This document shows positions 52,059-60,766 of a DNA stretch of 64,000 nucleotides, piece after piece. A model generated the notes under the pieces. It had not been told where the DNA came from. It worked only from the letters and a program-made list of their open reading frames with translations, and did not search any database. The position numbers and the translations under genes were made by a program. Every line of letters starts with the position of its first letter. Position 1 is the stretch's first letter. Source of the stretch: a virus; the IMG/VR virus record IMGVR_UViG_3300046513_000134, positions 1 to 64,000 of that record. The stretch is one strand, 5' to 3'.

Positions 52059-52561
52059 TTCTTTGCCTTCTCCGCTACGCCGGCCAACGTGATGTTGCGC
52101 TTGGTTTCCTCGACGGAGAGGCACAGCGCCTTTTCCTCCGGTGTCAGGTAATTGTCCACGGCAGTCAGCGGGAAGGCGCAGGCCCCGAGGAAGGCGTCCT
52201 TCTTCATCTTGCCGAAGATGTAGAGCATGTCGATGATGGTGCGCTTGATCCCGACCTTGCCGAGCTTCAGCTTGTTCTTCTTGCTCTCGACAAAGAATTC
52301 CTTGTCCTTGATCGCCACCTCGTCGGGATAGTGAACCGGCACCAGTGACATCAGGTCGGCTTCGAGCGGGGCCAGATCGACCTGCTTCAAGGTCAGTTCC
52401 TTGATCTGGGCCTTGATCGCCTCGTTGGCGGCGAGGGCGTCGTGGTACTTGTCGATAGCCTTGTGCAGGACGGTTTTGTCCAGCACCTTCGGGTCAACGA
52501 TCTGGGCCTGTTTCTCCGGCGCGATCACGCCTTTGGGGGTAGACTTGATGATGAAAGCCAT
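52055..52561 (-). CDS. Hypothetical protein
   Basis: GGAG SD; coiled-coil. Confidence 0.75.
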   Translation of the reverse strand: MAFIIKSTPKGVIAPEKQAQIVDPKVLDKTVLHKAIDKYHDALAANEAIKAQIKELTLKQVDLAPLEADLMSLVPVHYPDEVAIKDKEFFVESKKNKLKLGKVGIKRTIIDMLYIFGKMKKDAFLGACAFPLTAVDNYLTPEEKALCLSVEETKRNITLAGVAEKAKK

Positions 52562-52665
52562 GTGTCAATCTCCGTATTGATCTTCAAAAAGTATATCTGG
52601 AATGGGCTTCAAAACAAGGGTTTAGAGGTCCTTGTAGGCGTGTTTTGTCGTCAGTATTTTGGCCA

Positions 52666-53955
52666 TCACAAAAAGTTCAGCTCTTCTACGGTCGGCTCTT
52701 CGTACTGGCTGAAGTCCATCGAATTAAAATTCCAGTTGGTGGTGAACTGCCCGGTTTCGCCCTTGCGGCCCTTGAGGATGTCGATGACGCGTTGGACGAC
52801 GGTCTCGACGCTATCCTTCTGCATGATGCCGCAGACCAGCGAGGACACCTGCCCGATGGCGTCGGAGTACCCGATGTCCTCCAGATCCTTCTTCTGCGGT
52901 TCGCCCTTCTTGCCGCCCTTGTTCTTGTCGCGGGCGAACTGCCATGTCGCCACGGTCGGAGCGATCTCGGCCAGTTGCGATTTCATCAGGTCGGCGTTCT
53001 CGGCCACGCGCTGGTAACGGTCCTTGATGGTCGGATGCTTGGCGAGGTAGGCCCCGTCAATGCCGATGGCATCCGGCTTGAGCTGGCGGGCGATCATCCA
53101 CATGTCATCGACGGTCGCCGCGAGATTACCGTCCACGATCCAGAACGGCGCTCCAGCCATCTTGATCTCGGTCAGGCCCTCCTTCAGCTTCTTCTGGCCG
53201 CTGCTCGACAGGGTGGCCTTGTCGAGGTCGGAGTAGGGCATCGACAGCAGCATAGACGTCAGGCGTTGGGCAATCGGCAGCGGCTTCATCTCCATCGAGA
53301 ACAGCAGCCGGGACTGGCCCTGTTGCAGGATCTTGCCGTCCTCGTCCAGCGTGTCCTTCCAGCCGTGCATCATCAGGTACAGGAGCTGCCACGTCTTGCC
53401 CATCGCCGGTCGGCCGACGAAGCTGAGCATGTCGCCCTTGGCCAGTCCGCCTGACATGTCGTCAAGGAACGGCCAGCCGGTGAATAGCCGGTGGCTGTCG
53501 TCGCCGGTCATCTGCTGGACGTAGTCGCCCCAGACCATCTCGTAGGCCTCGCGGAAGTCCACGATCTGCTTGCCGAACTTGTGGGTGGTCAGCTCCATCA
53601 CCTTCTCGGTGACGATCTCCAGCGCCTTGTGCGGGTCGAGGTTGCCGCCGACCTGCAGGTACTTGTTGGCCTCTTGGAAGGTCAGGTTGAGCGCCTGCTG
53701 GGTGAAGCGCTTCAGCAGCTCGTCGTAGTAGTAGCCCGGGGCCTCCGGGGCGATCGGCAGTTCTTCCTTGGTGTGCAGCTCGACCGTGCCGATGGTCGGG
53801 ATCTTGCCGTACTTCTTGACGTGCTCCTTGACGAAGGCATAGGCCGGCAGCTCGTTGATCTTGAACAGGTGGGTGATGTCGCCGTGGTTCAGGAACTCGT
53901 ACGTGCTCCCGCCTTCGAGACATGCCGCCAGAAATTGGTGACCCATCGTCGCCAT
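52666..53955 (-). CDS. DnaB-like replicative helicase
   Basis: VGRPAMGKT, FSMEM, IDG.YL, TWQFAR, IGYSDAI.Q, KGRKG. Confidence 0.92.
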   Translation of the reverse strand: MATMGHQFLAACLEGGSTYEFLNHGDITHLFKINELPAYAFVKEHVKKYGKIPTIGTVELHTKEELPIAPEAPGYYYDELLKRFTQQALNLTFQEANKYLQVGGNLDPHKALEIVTEKVMELTTHKFGKQIVDFREAYEMVWGDYVQQMTGDDSHRLFTGWPFLDDMSGGLAKGDMLSFVGRPAMGKTWQLLYLMMHGWKDTLDEDGKILQQGQSRLLFSMEMKPLPIAQRLTSMLLSMPYSDLDKATLSSSGQKKLKEGLTEIKMAGAPFWIVDGNLAATVDDMWMIARQLKPDAIGIDGAYLAKHPTIKDRYQRVAENADLMKSQLAEIAPTVATWQFARDKNKGGKKGEPQKKDLEDIGYSDAIGQVSSLVCGIMQKDSVETVVQRVIDILKGRKGETGQFTTNWNFNSMDFSQYEEPTVEELNFL

Positions 53956-53958
53956 TGG

Positions 53959-54501
53959 TCAGTTACCCTTCATTTCGAGCGCGGAGTAGGTGGCTTGGAC
54001 GTGATTGGCGATCGCCGCGCCGTAGGCCGTGCGGAACTTGTCGATGTTGCTGACCTGCACCACGGTCTTCTTGCCCTTGGCAGCGCGGCGGACGAGGATG
54101 TCGTAGATCGCCGGCAGCTTCCAGTTCTGGATCACGTCTCCGTGGGCAGTGTGGTTGTAGAAGTTGGCGATGAACAGGCAGGTGATGTCGAACAGGTCTT
54201 CGTCGGCGTCGTGGTCGAGCAATTGCTGCAGCGTGTAGAACCGGGCGCGGATGAAGTTGCGGGTCAGCATCCCGGCCATCGCCATCATCTCCATCGTCGG
54301 GTCGCCCGATCCCACGAGGATCAGACCATTTTCGTCAGGCGCGATGAACTTGTAGCGGCTCAGCCACAACGCCTCTTGATCCGTGCAATATGTTGCACTG
54401 GAATACATGATCATCGACGGCGGGATGTTGGCGTCGAGGGCATAGCCTTCGATCCCCTTGATCAGCCGCTCGTGGATGACTGGGTCGAGAACGGACTTCA
54501 T
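53959..54501 (-). CDS. DnaC/IstB-like helicase loader with degenerate Walker motifs
   Basis: Sits between initiator and DnaB; GLILVGSGD, CLFIANF, IYDIL.RR....K.TVV..SN. Confidence 0.6.
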   Translation of the reverse strand: MKSVLDPVIHERLIKGIEGYALDANIPPSMIMYSSATYCTDQEALWLSRYKFIAPDENGLILVGSGDPTMEMMAMAGMLTRNFIRARFYTLQQLLDHDADEDLFDITCLFIANFYNHTAHGDVIQNWKLPAIYDILVRRAAKGKKTVVQVSNIDKFRTAYGAAIANHVQATYSALEMKGN

Positions 54502-54504
54502 GGC

Positions 54505-55449
54505 TCAGTCCCCCTTGAACACCTTCAGACCCTTCAGCGCGGCTGGCACGCCGTCGTCGGTCTTGACGACCTCGGTGGTCACCCCGGTGGTCTTGGTGAA
54601 GTGATAGGCGACGTGGCGGTGCTCGAAGAAGAACGCGAAGGTCGGCTGCGACGGAACCTTGCTGACGTGCGGGAACAGATCCCGGACCTTCTCGGTGAAG
54701 CCGACCCAGTCGGTGACCACGTCCTTGATCCGCTCGACCGGTTTGAACTTCGGGTCCTTGGTGCCGTGGACAAACATCTTCATCTGCCCGACCTGCTTGC
54801 CGCTGAAGTTCGGCTGGAACTCGCCGGTCTTCTCGGCACAGCGATCCCGCCATTCGGCAATGGCCTTGTTGAGCGTGGTGGTGTTGTTCGCCCCCTTCTT
54901 AGGGTTGAGCTTGCCAGAGATGACGTCTTCGACCGAATGGAGGAACTTGGGCATGTGTTGGTCCTCTGAATTTTTTCCCTCTCCCGAAAGGACTTCGGGT
55001 GATGGGGGTAGGGGGTTCTGCGAACCCGTCTTCGGGTGAGCCTTATCTAGTGTTAATTCTAGTGTAGTCTCTAGTGTACTATAAGGATTGTCCCCCGAGG
55101 GCTGTACTGGCGAGTGCTCCGAAGGGGTATCCGGGGTAGCCCCTAGACCGTCAATCTTGGCCTTGAATTCGGCCGTCAGCCGGGCGTAGGTGTGGCTGGC
55201 ATTCTTGAATAAATGGCTCTCGGTGACCACGGCCCCGATCTTGCGCAGGTGGGCAATCGAGCGGTTGTATTGCTTGCGGGTGAGGCCCGTATCCTCCATC
55301 CAGTCGATCGCCTGTTTGACGACCCAGACGTGGTCCCCGAATTTGATGCGCGCGTATTTCGACCAGTGCACGATCCGCAGAAGCAGGATGGCAGCCGTTG
55401 CGTCGCCGCCCGTCTCGGTGACGGCCAAGGAGAAGATATTGCTGGGCAT
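54505..55449 (-). CDS. Replication initiator protein
   Basis: AAILL..I.HW...W..K...W..DTGLT..Q..R.I..L...G N-terminal wHTH; linker LETTLELTL. Confidence 0.75.
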   Translation of the reverse strand: MPSNIFSLAVTETGGDATAAILLLRIVHWSKYARIKFGDHVWVVKQAIDWMEDTGLTRKQYNRSIAHLRKIGAVVTESHLFKNASHTYARLTAEFKAKIDGLGATPDTPSEHSPVQPSGDNPYSTLETTLELTLDKAHPKTGSQNPLPPSPEVLSGEGKNSEDQHMPKFLHSVEDVISGKLNPKKGANNTTTLNKAIAEWRDRCAEKTGEFQPNFSGKQVGQMKMFVHGTKDPKFKPVERIKDVVTDWVGFTEKVRDLFPHVSKVPSQPTFAFFFEHRHVAYHFTKTTGVTTEVVKTDDGVPAALKGLKVFKGD

Positions 55450-55547
55450 GGAAGGAAAACCCTTGTGATTATGAGTGAGCCAATAAAAACCCTCTACCCC
55501 GGTTAAGAGGCAGAGGGGAAGGCCCTTACGGGGTAATCCACAGGTTA

Positions 55548-56315
55548 CTAGCCGGGGAATTTAGTAACGTTGGTATCATCGTCCTCGGCTGTGTCTTCTT
55601 CGCCACTATCGGCGTCATCTTCGTCGTCTTCGAGATCATGGTCCGCGAACTCGTCTTCTGCGACGTCCTCGTCAGGGCTGTCGTCATCGTCTTCACCCGT
55701 GACGCCAATCTCGTCAGCCAGATCCCCGAGCGACGGTTCGTAACCAGCCGTGGCTGCTGCCACGCCCTGCCCTGCGGGGTTTCCACCTGACACCTTGCCA
55801 CCGTCTTGGTATTTCTGCGCGCACAGCCCTGTCCAGACCGCCAAGGTGGCCGGGTAGAGCATCGCCGCGATGTGTTGCTTGAAGTCGTCCAGCGTCGTCA
55901 GCCCGAAGGCGTCGTCCGGCAGGGTGACATGGGCAAGGATGCCTTCGTCCCAGATCTTCTGGGCCAGCTCGATCGGGTCGAGCCCGACCAGTTCGCCATC
56001 GTCGTTGATCGACGGGTCGATGTGCAGTCCCAGATCCTTGTGGAAGCTGGACCGGGTGTCGTCGGTCTGCGCCCACGCGCCGGGGAACAGGTCACCCGGG
56101 TTGGTCGGCTTCTCCGTTACCTCGTTGCCGGTGACGCGCTTGATGAAGTCGTCGGAGACGTAGGCTGCCCGGACCCGCAGATTGGCGTGCAGGTTGTTTG
56201 AGGTGAACCCTAGACCGGCGATTTTCAGCGACAGGACGGTATTGCCCTTGGCCGCGATGCCGATGTAGTCGAAATGCCCGCCTGTGCCTTTTACCATGAA
56301 TGGAAGCTTTGACAT
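55548..56315 (-). CDS. Hypothetical protein with a very acidic tail
   Basis: AAAGGAG SD; D/E-rich C-terminus. Confidence 0.75.
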   Translation of the reverse strand: MSKLPFMVKGTGGHFDYIGIAAKGNTVLSLKIAGLGFTSNNLHANLRVRAAYVSDDFIKRVTGNEVTEKPTNPGDLFPGAWAQTDDTRSSFHKDLGLHIDPSINDDGELVGLDPIELAQKIWDEGILAHVTLPDDAFGLTTLDDFKQHIAAMLYPATLAVWTGLCAQKYQDGGKVSGGNPAGQGVAAATAGYEPSLGDLADEIGVTGEDDDDSPDEDVAEDEFADHDLEDDEDDADSGEEDTAEDDDTNVTKFPG

Positions 56316-56375
56316 GTGAAACTCCTTTTTCCTGTCAATTCCCAGTTATCAGTCTAGTGGTTTACCACCCCGTTT

Positions 56376-57605
56376 CTAGGGTTTTTTCTTGAAAACGAGC
56401 TTTGGTTTCGCTGCCCCAAGCTGCTTGACGGCCTTCTTCACCTCGGCCTCGATCACGGCCGGCGTGGTGTGGTTTCCGTGCTTCTCGGTGATCACCAGAT
56501 CATAGATCTTGGCGTACATCATCTCATTGTCGCCGTGGCCGTACTGGGCCAGCACCTGCTTCAGGAAGGTCGTTGCTTCCTTCGGCGGCAGCGCGTTGAT
56601 CCGCATCACCTCGTCCAGTCGGCCCGGCCGGTAGAACTCCTTGGGGATGGCGCTGATGTCGTTGGTGGTGCAAATCGTCAGCACCTTGGTCGTGTGGGTC
56701 TGCATCCACCACAGCAGCACCGAGATCAGTTCCTGCGAGTAGTTGGATGAACCGGTGTTGATCACCTTCTCGACCTCGTCAATCAGCACGACGCACGGTT
56801 CCTGCTGGTCGAGGGTGTCGAGGTTCTGCTGCAGGAACTTGGCCGAGTTGCCGACGTATTTGTCCTGTGTGGTGGCGAGGTCCAGTCGGTACAGCGGCAC
56901 CTCGAACTGGCGGGCAATGTATTTCGCCGCCTCTGACTTGCCGGTTCCCGGTTCCCCGTCCAGCATCAGGCCCCTCGGCACCAGCCGGGTGTCGGTCTCG
57001 GTCAGGAAGAACTTCTTCTCGCGATCGACCCAATCCTTGAGGGCAGGGGCGGGCGTGTAGAGCGGTTGGTCGGTCAGGACGGGGTACAGGCCCTTCTGGG
57101 GCTTGAACAGCTCGTTGCGGCTCTGGGCGAGGCCGGCAGGGGTCAGCGAGCCGTAGACCGCCATCGAATAGCGGGCGATGTCGTTGGCCTCCTTCAAACT
57201 CAGACCGCCGAGGCAGTTGAGGGCGCTCTTCAGCAGCTCCGGGCTCTTGGCAATCGGCTTCAGCATGTTGGCCATCATTTCCTGCGGCACCGGGATCATT
57301 CCCGCCGACAGGGTCAGGTCGTCATTGTGCTGCGCGGGAGGATTGACGATCAGCAGCGAGCACGAGTTCTTCGGGTCGAGGAACTTGGTGCGAAGAAGGG
57401 CGGCACCTTCCGGGTCGCTGAACCCGCCGCCGACGACGTAATACAGGGTATCCTTGGTGATCGGCGCGGCCGGGCCTGCCCACTTCTCGATCTTCTTGCC
57501 CGGGAAGAAATGGGCCAGCGTTTCGGGGAGGTTGGTGACGTCGCGGGTGGTGCAGGCAATGAGCGGGACGCGGCCCTTGACGGCATTCTGAAGTTTGTTC
57601 GCCAC
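56376..57605 (-). CDS. AAA+ ATPase (Ycf46-like architecture)
   Basis: PRGLMLDGEPGTGKS, KYVGNS, VLIDEVEK, TTND, RPGRLD. Confidence 0.9.
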   Translation of the reverse strand: MANKLQNAVKGRVPLIACTTRDVTNLPETLAHFFPGKKIEKWAGPAAPITKDTLYYVVGGGFSDPEGAALLRTKFLDPKNSCSLLIVNPPAQHNDDLTLSAGMIPVPQEMMANMLKPIAKSPELLKSALNCLGGLSLKEANDIARYSMAVYGSLTPAGLAQSRNELFKPQKGLYPVLTDQPLYTPAPALKDWVDREKKFFLTETDTRLVPRGLMLDGEPGTGKSEAAKYIARQFEVPLYRLDLATTQDKYVGNSAKFLQQNLDTLDQQEPCVVLIDEVEKVINTGSSNYSQELISVLLWWMQTHTTKVLTICTTNDISAIPKEFYRPGRLDEVMRINALPPKEATTFLKQVLAQYGHGDNEMMYAKIYDLVITEKHGNHTTPAVIEAEVKKAVKQLGAAKPKLVFKKKP

Positions 57606-57637
57606 GGATAACTCCTTTATCTCTAGTGGTATGATCC

Positions 57638-57666
57638 ATCTTAGAAAGGAAAGGCCCCGAGTACAA
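57638..57666 (-). promoter_or_regulatory. Promoter of the replication operon, TTGTAC-N17-TAAGAT
   Basis: Upstream of AAAGGAG and the 57605 start; same -35 as the 4791 promoter. Confidence 0.55.
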
Positions 57667-57706
57667 GGTCTCAGGGCCGCATCATTTGGGTTTGTGCCTG
57701 ACGGGC

Positions 57707-58276
57707 TCAGCCCGCCTTGAGGAGACTTCGATCAGGGAGTTTGAAGGGGCCGATAGTTTGTCGGACGGGCCACAGCTTGTGCTTCGGCATGTGCGTAATC
57801 TCCACGAACCAAGACGAGAGAGGGGTCTCGCCAGCCCCTACGAGCAACCAGTTTCGCCAAACTTGGCAGCCTGTCGTTCGTCCAGACTTGATCGGTGTCA
57901 ACATCTCCAGACGGGCTGGGTCCATCATGCCATCGGGAGTGCCGAAGGCCACCTTCATAGACTGGAAGTCGTAGTCATGCGCCTTGCACAGGGTCCCTGA
58001 CAGCAGCAGCAGGTCTTTGCCGACCCACTGCTGGTCGAGGATCTGGAAGGCTGGATAGTTGGCCACGGTGGTCTTGCCGGTCGCGGGGTCGGTGATCTCG
58101 ACCGCTCGCGCCTCCAATGTTGGCATGACCCATTCCTGCAGGGTTTCGCCGGCCGTGGTGAAAGCCGCCGATCCGAAGGTGTTGGAGAATGCCAACGCCA
58201 CAGCAATCAGGAGAACAAGTCCCGTGTACTCCACAAACCGCTGTGTCGCGTAGTTAAACGATGCCCTGATCGTCAT
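57707..58276 (-). CDS. Membrane-anchored hypothetical protein
   Basis: N-terminal TM; end of the lysis cassette. Confidence 0.65.
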   Translation of the reverse strand: MTIRASFNYATQRFVEYTGLVLLIAVALAFSNTFGSAAFTTAGETLQEWVMPTLEARAVEITDPATGKTTVANYPAFQILDQQWVGKDLLLLSGTLCKAHDYDFQSMKVAFGTPDGMMDPARLEMLTPIKSGRTTGCQVWRNWLLVGAGETPLSSWFVEITHMPKHKLWPVRQTIGPFKLPDRSLLKAG

Positions 58277-58583
58277 TGCTGGGTCCCTTCTTAATCCGGC
58301 TCTCAATCAAATCGTAAAACCATCCTACGACAGCGACCCCACCTGCCCCCAACAGGAAACCGGAGAGTTCGAGCTTACCTTTCAAGGCCTCGGCATTGAC
58401 GACATTTCCAATAACCCACCGTAGAAGTTCAGGGCCTTCCGGCCCCAAGTATCTGGCAACGAGCGCCCCGGAAACCACGTTAATGACGAACTCCTTCCAG
58501 TCGGCCCGGTAGTAGAGCGACCGTAGAAGTCCACCTGCGGCTCCTGCCAGCGTGAGCTGAAGCATTTCCATAAGGGTGACCAC
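58254..58583 (-). CDS. Holin-like membrane protein
   Basis: AGAAGGLLR...VSGALVA.YLGP...GFLLG.GG pattern. Confidence 0.6.
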   Translation of the reverse strand: MVTLMEMLQLTLAGAAGGLLRSLYYRADWKEFVINVVSGALVARYLGPEGPELLRWVIGNVVNAEALKGKLELSGFLLGAGGVAVVGWFYDLIESRIKKGPSNDDQGIV

Positions 58584-58786
58584 GATTGTTATCCACTTGT
58601 TCTGGCCGAATAGATGCTGTCCACTCGACCGTTGTGATACGGCTTGAGATTATTGTCATTGACAAAATGCTGAGTGGATGAGGGGCTGGCCGGTAACGTG
58701 ATCCGGGGCTTAGGAGCCAAGACGAGAAAAAGCCCCACATCCGTGAGGCTCCTCCCAGCTCGTTATAGGTCTAAACACTTTAAATA

Positions 58787-59170
58787 TCAAGACTTCTTCG
58801 TGTCTTGGTCCCATTGCCAACAGGCGACGATGCGGTTGTTGGCTTTTGTCAATGCACCGTCAAGTTTGGTGATGACGACGCCGTTCGGGTCTGTGGATTT
58901 CACGTCCGATTGCACCCGGTACTGGCACCAGTCTGGCTTGACCGGCTGCGCCTTGTAGAGATCGATCACCTGATCCATCTGCTTCAGGCTGTCCTCCCGG
59001 GCGCTGGCCTCGGCCGCAGCCTTCTTGTTGGCGAAATACTGGCTATCGGTTGTTGTGCAGCTTCCTAAAAATATCAGTATCGATAACATCAACAGGGCAG
59101 TCAGGATGAGCCCGAGCAGCGGACTTGGCGCGCTCCTCAAGTTCTGCAATAAGTCGCGCAGTTTCTGCAT
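58787..59170 (-). CDS. o-spanin (Rz1-like lipoprotein)
   Basis: Lipobox FLGSC; overlaps the 3' end of the Rz-like gene in another frame. Confidence 0.75.
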   Translation of the reverse strand: MQKLRDLLQNLRSAPSPLLGLILTALLMLSILIFLGSCTTTDSQYFANKKAAAEASAREDSLKQMDQVIDLYKAQPVKPDWCQYRVQSDVKSTDPNGVVITKLDGALTKANNRIVACWQWDQDTKKS

Positions 59171-59501
59171 CGTCTTGGTCCTCTTGGGCTCTGGCCTTCT
59201 CCAGCGTGGCGGTTGCCTGCTGGGCGCGGTCCATCTTGGCCTTGTAGTCGTCGCTGGCCGCCTTGAAGCGGGCCGCCTGCCTCTGGCTTTCGGCTAGCTG
59301 GGCCTGCAGTTTCTCCTTCTCAGCCCCAGTCACCATTTCGTGGACGCGGGCCTCGACGGCCTTCTTCACAGCCGACGTCGTATCCCACCAGCCGAGACCG
59401 TACCACGCAGCTACGGCAGCCACGATCAGTCCCAGTGGCAGCGGGATCTGGATCTTGGCGATCGACCAGATGATCTTGAGCAGCGGCAGCAGGAAGGCCA
59501 T
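59043..59501 (-). CDS. i-spanin (Rz-like)
   Basis: N-terminal TM, coiled coil, C-terminal Cys. Confidence 0.75.
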   Translation of the reverse strand: MAFLLPLLKIIWSIAKIQIPLPLGLIVAAVAAWYGLGWWDTTSAVKKAVEARVHEMVTGAEKEKLQAQLAESQRQAARFKAASDDYKAKMDRAQQATATLEKARAQEDQDDAETARLIAELEERAKSAARAHPDCPVDVIDTDIFRKLHNNR

Positions 59502-59837
59502 TCATTCCTCCCATTCGGGCAGCGGCACGTCTTGGCCGGCCAGTGCATGAGTGCAGTCGGACAGGAACTTGATCCGACCCTCGGTGACGTAGGAGTGGCA
59601 GATATGCTTCTTGTCCTTGCTCTCGTCGTCAAACTCGCCCTCGACGTCGCTGGGTTCGTTCCATGTCACGAGGATAGACGGGAAGAAGGTCGGGCTAGCC
59701 GGCTGCTGATTATAGTCCCAGCGCGGGCCGGGGCCGGTGTCGATGTTGACTATGTGGCGTTCGTTGCATCCCGGGCACATGAAGGAAAGGCGGCCGGGGG
59801 TGAAGCAGCGGAGGACCTTGGAGAGAATGATGCTCAT
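59502..59837 (-). CDS. DUF6527-like Cys/His protein
   Basis: CPGC...H, W.YN.....PTF.PSI, CHSYV..G.I.FL.DCTH.LAG. Confidence 0.8.
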   Translation of the reverse strand: MSIILSKVLRCFTPGRLSFMCPGCNERHIVNIDTGPGPRWDYNQQPASPTFFPSILVTWNEPSDVEGEFDDESKDKKHICHSYVTEGRIKFLSDCTHALAGQDVPLPEWEE

Positions 59838-59839
59838 AG

Positions 59840-60454
59840 CTATAATCCTGAGACACAGAGTTCGGCTTCGCCCATGCGCTGGGCGTCACCCATCTCTCGG
59901 CGCACGACCAGTCCACGAACGATCTTCTTGCCTGCCTTGTTGAAGGCAGTCTGGGCTTCGCATGCCTGCCGGTAGTTGTGGGTGACGATCCACCGGGCCG
60001 CCGTGGATTTCTTCATGGCGAAGAGCCCGAAGTTGTAGGCCCCGGAGGTGGCGGCGGCTTGGACGCTGTCAGGGGCGAGCACGAAGTCAGCCACGCCATC
60101 GACCAGCGGCAGATAGTAGTCGTGGATCACCTCGTTGATCAGGCGGTCCTCACATTCCTTGTCGGTGGCGTAGTCGCCCATCTTGACGCCACTGGTCGCC
60201 CCGTAGCAGATCGTCGGAACCTTGACAATGTCGAGGTAGGCCTTGTTGGAGAAGCCCTCCCACGGTTTGATCAGCTTGTCCACAGCCAAGCGGACGGCCG
60301 GAGGGATGTAGCCCTTGGCCACCAGTTCGTGCACCTTGGCGGGGGTTGGATGGTCGTGCATCAGCGTGGCCCAGCCGCTGGTGAGGGCAAACAGCGCGGC
60401 GGCCGCAACGGCAGCGATCCCGCGCTTGCTCGACGTGATCTTATTCACTGGCAT
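59840..60454 (-). CDS. Endolysin, GH24 lysozyme with a SAR-like N-terminus
   Basis: E-x8-D-x5-T triad (WEG...AYLD.VKVPTICYG), YNFG, GLV.RR; Ala/Gly-rich N-terminal TM. Confidence 0.9.
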   Translation of the reverse strand: MPVNKITSSKRGIAAVAAAALFALTSGWATLMHDHPTPAKVHELVAKGYIPPAVRLAVDKLIKPWEGFSNKAYLDIVKVPTICYGATSGVKMGDYATDKECEDRLINEVIHDYYLPLVDGVADFVLAPDSVQAAATSGAYNFGLFAMKKSTAARWIVTHNYRQACEAQTAFNKAGKKIVRGLVVRREMGDAQRMGEAELCVSGL

Positions 60455-60683
60455 CGTCGTCTCCGAATTTCTGTTGAATGAAGCGGCCGAGATAAGCCAA
60501 GCTGCCCGACAGGCTTGCGCCGAGGAGGAGCCAGCGTTGGTCGATCGGGATGTAGTCGCCCATGAACGGGAGCACGGCTTGAGCACCGTCGAGGATCGTG
60601 AAGACCATGCTGAGTTCGATGAACCGGAGCGTTATCGACTTCTTCCAAGTCGTCTTGGCATTTTTGATGAGCTTCGGTGCCAT
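60441..60683 (-). CDS. Putative holin
   Basis: KLIKNAK..WK.S..R...RFIQQK; 2 TM; precedes the endolysin. Confidence 0.7.
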   Translation of the reverse strand: MAPKLIKNAKTTWKKSITLRFIELSMVFTILDGAQAVLPFMGDYIPIDQRWLLLGASLSGSLAYLGRFIQQKFGDDDASE

Positions 60684-60766
60684 GGGCCGCCCCCGTGCAA
60701 TATGTTGCAATTGGTATCGGAGGAGGGCGGCCTGCTGTCAACTCGGGCGGTCTAGCGCTGGAGCCG

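Larger units (their letters stand above)
2536..60709. repeat. Dispersed palindrome TGCAA-N4-TTGCA, 17 copies
   Basis: Starts at 2536, 5558, 7025, 11141, 16055, 16894, 17391, 18209, 23110, 29256, 36826, 38926, 40878, 47492, 52008, 54384, 60696; variant at 43419. Confidence 0.9.

Noticed and set aside
30009-54969. Long plus-strand ORFs (e.g. 31446-33107, 36825-38528, 42029-43300, 53491-54969)
   Set aside because: Antisense shadows of GC-rich minus-strand genes with no recognisable motifs
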